Virus record (IMG/VR): IMGVR_UViG_3300010388_000214
Coordinates: 31,626-95,625 of that record
Source of the DNA: a virus
Taxonomy: Duplodnaviria; Caudoviricetes
DNA length: 64,000 bases
Direction: 5' to 3' (one strand)
Positions 59,439-64,000 of this stretch are shown here, one piece after another; the first letter of the stretch is position 1; each line of letters starts with the position of its first letter. Position numbers and translations under genes: made by a program. Under the pieces are notes generated by a model. It made no database searches and had not been told where the DNA came from. It was given only the letters and a program-made list of their open reading frames with translations.

Positions 59439-62400
59439 ATGAGCTACGTTGGACTTCACGTTCACACTCACTATTCGTTGTTTGACGGTATCGCAACACC
59501 ACAGGAATATGTGGACCGAGCAGTAGAACTGGGTATGCCAGCTATTGCAATTACCGATCACGGTTCGCTTTCGGGTCACCGTGAAATGTATCGTACTGCC
59601 AAAGAGGCAGGTATCAAGCCTATCCTAGGTGTCGAAGGCTACATGGCTCAAGACCGATTCGACCACCGAGATGCATCAGAACGTGAGCACGTTCTAGACA
59701 TGGTGTACAACCACATTGTTATTCTCGCTAAGAACGAGAAGGGGTTGGAAAACCTTAACAAGCTTAACGAGATTGCTTGGACAGAAGGTTTCTTTAAGAA
59801 GCCACGTATTGACTTTGAGGTGCTGGAAAAGTACAGTGAGGGGCTTATTGTTACCTCAGCTTGCCCAAGTGGTATCGTAGCCAAGTCTATTGAGACTGGT
59901 GAACTTGCCGTGGCCAAGGAAAAGATTGAGTGGTTCCACCGTGTATTTGGTGACGACTATTACATCGAGGTCATGCCTCACAACGCTGCTGAGATTAACC
60001 ACACCCTACTGCAGTTTGCAGACGAGTACGGAATCAAGGCTGTAGTTACACCTGACTGCCACCACTCTGACCCTAGTCAAAAGGAAGTCCAGGAGCTAAA
60101 GCTTATTCTCAACACCTACTCAAACAAGATTGAGAAGGATGCTACATTCGAGAAGTCTCGTGACATGCCAAACCTTATGGAGCGTTTGGACTACCTGTAC
60201 GGTGCAGACCGTCAGATGTCATTTAACAAGTTTAACATTCACCTTCTCTCTTATGAGGAAATGAAGCGTGACATGGAGGCCCAGGGTATTGATCGAGAAG
60301 ACATCTACCAGCACTCACTAGAGATTGCTAATAAGGTAGAAGACTACAACATCAAGGACCACATGGACCTTCTTCCTGTACAGTACCCAAAGCCAGACGA
60401 AGAGCTTTACGCACTTGCTATTGCAGGTTTAAAGCAGCGTGGACTTGAGGGCAAGCAGGACTATCTAGATCGTCTAGATGAAGAGTTAAAGATTATTAAA
60501 GATAAGAACTTCGGACCGTACTTCCTTGTCGTTCGTAGTATGATTGCGTGGGCAAAGAAAGAAGGTATTCGTGTTGGTCCTGGTCGTGGTTCGGCTGCTG
60601 GTAGTCTTCTCTGTTATGCTCTTGGTATCACTGACATTGACCCAATTATTCATGGCCTTTTGTTCTTCCGTTTTATTAATCCAGAAAGAAATGACTTCCC
60701 AGATATTGATACTGATATTCAGGATTCTCGTCGAGACGAGGTAAAGGATTATCTAGTTAGACAGTATCGACACGTTGCATCTATTGCTACGTTCCTACAG
60801 TTTAAGGATAAGGGTGTGGTTCGAGACATCTCTCGTGTACTCCACATCCCACTGGTTGACGTTAACAAGGTGCTCAAGACTATTGACACTTGGGACGAGT
60901 ACTGCTCTTCCAAGACCACTGAGTGGTTCCGTGAGAAGTATCCAGAGGTAGAACAGTATGGAGAGCAGCTCCGTGGACGTATCCGTGGTACGGGTATTCA
61001 CGCTGCTGGTGTTGTTACTGCAAAGGAGCCTATCTTTAAGTATGCTCCAATGGAGACACGCACATCACCAGGAACCAAGGAACGCATTCCTGTAGTTGCT
61101 GTAGACATGGGTGAGGCAGAGCGTATTGGTTTGATTAAGCTTGATGCTCTTGGTCTCAAGACTTTGTCCGTACTTGACGACACTCTTAATATTATTAAAG
61201 AACGTCACGGTCAGGATATCGATCCACTTACCATTGACATGGATGACCGCAACGTATACGAGATGCTGTCAGCAGGTCACACCAAGGGTGTGTTCCAGTG
61301 TGAAGCTACACCATACACCAATCTGTTGGTAAAAATGGGGGTAAAGAACTTTGACGAACTAGCAGCATCTAACGCACTAGTACGTCCAGGTGCTATGAAC
61401 ACCATTGGTAAAGACTACATTGCACGCAAGCACGGTAAGCAGAATGTTGATTACAAGCACCTTGTAATGAAGGGGTTCACATCAGACACCTATGGTTGTA
61501 TCTTGTACCAGGAGCAGGTCATGCAGGCCTGTGTACAGCTTGGTGGAATGTCTATGGCAGAGGCTGACAAAGTTCGTAAGATCATCGGTAAGAAGAAGGA
61601 TGCTAAGGAGTTTGACCAGTTCCAAGACCAATTCGTTAAGGGTGCTTCGGCATACATTGGCGAAGAAGGTGCCAGGGATTTGTGGCATGACTTTGAGGCA
61701 CACGCTGGTTATTCGTTTAACAAGTCACACGCTGTGGCGTACTCAACTCTTTCTTACTGGACAGCATGGTTGAAGTACCACTACCCCATCGAGTTTATGT
61801 TTGCTCTTCTTAAGAATGAGAAGGACAAGGATACTCGTACGGAGTACCTCATTGAAGCAAAGCGTATGGATATCCCTATTCGACTTCCACACATCAACGA
61901 GTCCGACATGGACTTTAAGATTGAGGGCAAGGGTATCCGCTTTGGTCTGACTGGTATTAAGTTTATCTCTGATAACATTGCCAAGAAGTACATCGAGGCA
62001 CGCCCATTCAGGTCATACAAGGAGCTTGAGGAGTTTACGTTTGGCAAGGGTAACGGAGTCAACAGTCGTGCACTATCGTCTCTACGACTAATTGGTGCCG
62101 CTACATTCGAAGATAACCCACGCAACGAGCAAGAGGTTCGAGAGAATCTTTACGAGTACCTAAACCTACCAGAGTTTAACATCTCGGTTCCAGCACACTT
62201 CCACGCCTTTATTAATGAGGCAGAGGAGTACGAGGAAAAGGGTGCATTCATTCTTATGGGAATGGTTAAGAACATCAAGCGAGGCAAGGGTTGGTCACGA
62301 GTTGAGATCCTTGATAAGACTGGTGTTGTTGGTATCTTTGACGACGAGCAAACACTTATCGAGCCAGGACGTACATACATCATCTTGGCTAGCGATAACC

Positions 62401-62711
62401 GTGTGACATCGTTTGTCCCTGTAGACGAGGCAAAGGGTTCCGACAACGGAATCGTAAGGTTCCTTGGATACAAGCAGTTGCCATACACTGACGATGAAAT
62501 GTATGTTGTGTCATTCAAGCCACGAGTAACAAAGGCTGGAAAGAAGATGGCATACCTAGTACTCGCTGATACTTCTCGTGAGCTGCATTCTGTGACGGTA
62601 TTCCCAACACAGTTCCCCAAAGCTTATATGAAGATTAAAGAGGGTAACGCATACAAATTTGAATTTGGCAAGACCAAAGACGGCACTATTATTTTGAACG
62701 ACGTAGAATAA
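59439..62711 (+). CDS. dnaE: DNA polymerase III alpha subunit (PHP + polymerase + OB)
   Basis: LHVHTHYS.FDG, GPGRGSAAGS, PDIDTD, HAAGVV, FNKSHA. Confidence 0.95.
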   Translation: MSYVGLHVHTHYSLFDGIATPQEYVDRAVELGMPAIAITDHGSLSGHREMYRTAKEAGIKPILGVEGYMAQDRFDHRDASEREHVLDMVYNHIVILAKNEKGLENLNKLNEIAWTEGFFKKPRIDFEVLEKYSEGLIVTSACPSGIVAKSIETGELAVAKEKIEWFHRVFGDDYYIEVMPHNAAEINHTLLQFADEYGIKAVVTPDCHHSDPSQKEVQELKLILNTYSNKIEKDATFEKSRDMPNLMERLDYLYGADRQMSFNKFNIHLLSYEEMKRDMEAQGIDREDIYQHSLEIANKVEDYNIKDHMDLLPVQYPKPDEELYALAIAGLKQRGLEGKQDYLDRLDEELKIIKDKNFGPYFLVVRSMIAWAKKEGIRVGPGRGSAAGSLLCYALGITDIDPIIHGLLFFRFINPERNDFPDIDTDIQDSRRDEVKDYLVRQYRHVASIATFLQFKDKGVVRDISRVLHIPLVDVNKVLKTIDTWDEYCSSKTTEWFREKYPEVEQYGEQLRGRIRGTGIHAAGVVTAKEPIFKYAPMETRTSPGTKERIPVVAVDMGEAERIGLIKLDALGLKTLSVLDDTLNIIKERHGQDIDPLTIDMDDRNVYEMLSAGHTKGVFQCEATPYTNLLVKMGVKNFDELAASNALVRPGAMNTIGKDYIARKHGKQNVDYKHLVMKGFTSDTYGCILYQEQVMQACVQLGGMSMAEADKVRKIIGKKKDAKEFDQFQDQFVKGASAYIGEEGARDLWHDFEAHAGYSFNKSHAVAYSTLSYWTAWLKYHYPIEFMFALLKNEKDKDTRTEYLIEAKRMDIPIRLPHINESDMDFKIEGKGIRFGLTGIKFISDNIAKKYIEARPFRSYKELEEFTFGKGNGVNSRALSSLRLIGAATFEDNPRNEQEVRENLYEYLNLPEFNISVPAHFHAFINEAEEYEEKGAFILMGMVKNIKRGKGWSRVEILDKTGVVGIFDDEQTLIEPGRTYIILASDNRVTSFVPVDEAKGSDNGIVRFLGYKQLPYTDDEMYVVSFKPRVTKAGKKMAYLVLADTSRELHSVTVFPTQFPKAYMKIKEGNAYKFEFGKTKDGTIILNDVE

Positions 62712-62720
62712 GGAGAAAAA

Positions 62721-63038
62721 ATGTTCGATTCACTAGCAACAGAACTGCACGCAACCGCAGTAGATAAGGGCTTCTGGCCAGAGGATGTCGATGACATCTT
62801 TGTAACTAAGCAATTAATGATGATTGTCTCAGAGGCTGTAGAGGTCATGGAGGCTATCCGCAAAGACAAGGGTGAGGAAGAGATTGCAGACGAAATGGCA
62901 GACATTTTGATCCGTACACTTGATCTATACGCTGGTTTAGTAGAATTCGGGTATACCACAGTATCCCTTGATTACGCTTTCACGAAGAAGACACGCTTTA
63001 ACACATCACGACCAGAGAAGCACGGAGTACGATTCTAA
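62721..63038 (+). CDS. MazG-like nucleotide pyrophosphohydrolase
   Basis: SEAVEVMEA...EEIADEMADILIR.LD. Confidence 0.8.
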   Translation: MFDSLATELHATAVDKGFWPEDVDDIFVTKQLMMIVSEAVEVMEAIRKDKGEEEIADEMADILIRTLDLYAGLVEFGYTTVSLDYAFTKKTRFNTSRPEKHGVRF

Positions 63039-63259
63039 TGATTACAGTATACACAAAGCCAGCTTGCGTTCAGTGCGAGCAGACAAAGAAGCTTTTGACC
63101 AAGAATGGTTTGGAGTTTGAGACAATTGACATTACGCAGGATGAAGCAGCATACGACAAGATCGTTGGCATGGGATTCCTAGCAGCTCCAGTAGTTATTG
63201 CAGGAGAAGATAGCTGGGCAGGCTTCCAGCCAGAAAAGATTAATGGGTTGGTGGATTAA
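63038..63259 (+). CDS. nrdH: NrdH-like glutaredoxin
   Basis: VYTKPACVQC...APVV....WAGF. Confidence 0.9.
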   Translation: MITVYTKPACVQCEQTKKLLTKNGLEFETIDITQDEAAYDKIVGMGFLAAPVVIAGEDSWAGFQPEKINGLVD

Positions 63260-64000
63260 TGGCTGACATGACCGTAGACGATGTTCTGGCAGCACTTAAT
63301 CCTAAGTTGCGTAAGAATCTTTTTGTTGGAGACGAGATGCCAGAAACACTGCTCCAGCCCACACCTAGCTATGGCTTGAACAAAGCACTTGGTGGAGGCC
63401 TACCATACGGACGACAGGTACTGATTTGGGGAAGCAAGTCTTCTGCTAAGTCTTCTATGTGTCTCCAGATGATTGGACTGGCACAGAAAGAAGGTAAGAT
63501 CTGTGCTTGGATCGATGCCGAGATGTCGTTTGACAAGTCCTGGGCTGAGAAGCTCGGGGTAGACACGTCAAAGCTTATCTATTCACAGTGTCGTACAATC
63601 AATGAGATGGTAGACCTAGGCACTAACCTTATGAACGCAGGTGTAGACCTTATTGTTGTAGACAGTATTACATCACTGTTGCCTGCAATCTACTTTGAGA
63701 AGGACTCTGACGAGCTTAAGCAGCTTGAAAACACCAAGCAGATTGGTGCTGAGTCACGAGACTTCTCTAATGCGTGGAAGATGATTAACTATGCTAACAA
63801 CAAGCCTAAGCCTACATTGTTTGTGCTGATTTCTCAGTCACGAAACAATATCTCTGCTATGTATACCTCACAGCAGCCTACTGGTGGACAGGCAACCAAG
63901 TTCTATTCATCCACAGTCATTAAGCTGTTCTCGTCTGAGTCTGATAATCAGGCTATCAAGGGTAAGATTCCTGTTGGAGATAAGTTGATTGAAGAGAAGA
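63259..64000 (+). CDS. recA: RecA/UvsX-like recombinase, 3' truncated by the window end
   Basis: manual translation: LNKALGGGLPYGR, GSKSSAKS, WIDAE, VVDSI. Confidence 0.9.
   Translation, partial: MADMTVDDVLAALNPKLRKNLFVGDEMPETLLQPTPSYGLNKALGGGLPYGRQVLIWGSKSSAKSSMCLQMIGLAQKEGKICAWIDAEMSFDKSWAEKLGVDTSKLIYSQCRTINEMVDLGTNLMNAGVDLIVVDSITSLLPAIYFEKDSDELKQLENTKQIGAESRDFSNAWKMINYANNKPKPTLFVLISQSRNNISAMYTSQQPTGGQATKFYSSTVIKLFSSESDNQAIKGKIPVGDKLIEEK

Noticed and set aside
56260-62711. Inteins or introns in dnaB and dnaE
   Set aside because: Normal lengths, uninterrupted motifs and no splice signatures

Overview
A 64-kb segment of a large, fairly AT-rich tailed (siphovirus-type) phage of Actinobacteria. 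Gene content and order resemble the long-terminal-repeat actinophages (Streptomyces BE/BK- and Rhodococcus CB-like); the host assignment is inference. Layout: (i) 1-9.5 kb: about 30 tiny minus-strand, putatively early/host-takeover genes in promoter-bearing cassettes separated by motif-rich spacers; (ii) 9.6-12.1 kb: a few minus-strand genes, tRNA-Trp(CCA), a chain of promoter-hairpin-terminator small-RNA units and the strand switch; (iii) 12.1-14.9 kb: lysis genes; (iv) 15-30.6 kb: collagen, tail-collar, glycine-rich and FN3 fibre genes plus a GT2-TPR glycosyltransferase; (v) 30.6-55.2 kb: portal, protease/scaffold, capsid, tail, tape measure and tail tip; (vi) 55.2-64 kb: DnaB, primase, SSB, DnaE, MazG-like, NrdH and RecA (truncated). 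The most unusual signals are non-coding: five copies of a covarying ~30-nt RNA pseudoknot in early-region spacers; paired DnaA boxes together with MtrA/GlnR-like and WhiA-like sites at early promoters (possible sensing or titration of host cell-cycle regulators); a GCGGCCCC octamer in 12 early spacers; and an sRNA cluster. The tail assembly chaperones appear to be made by gene duplication rather than by frameshifting. All calls were made by eye, without database searches.
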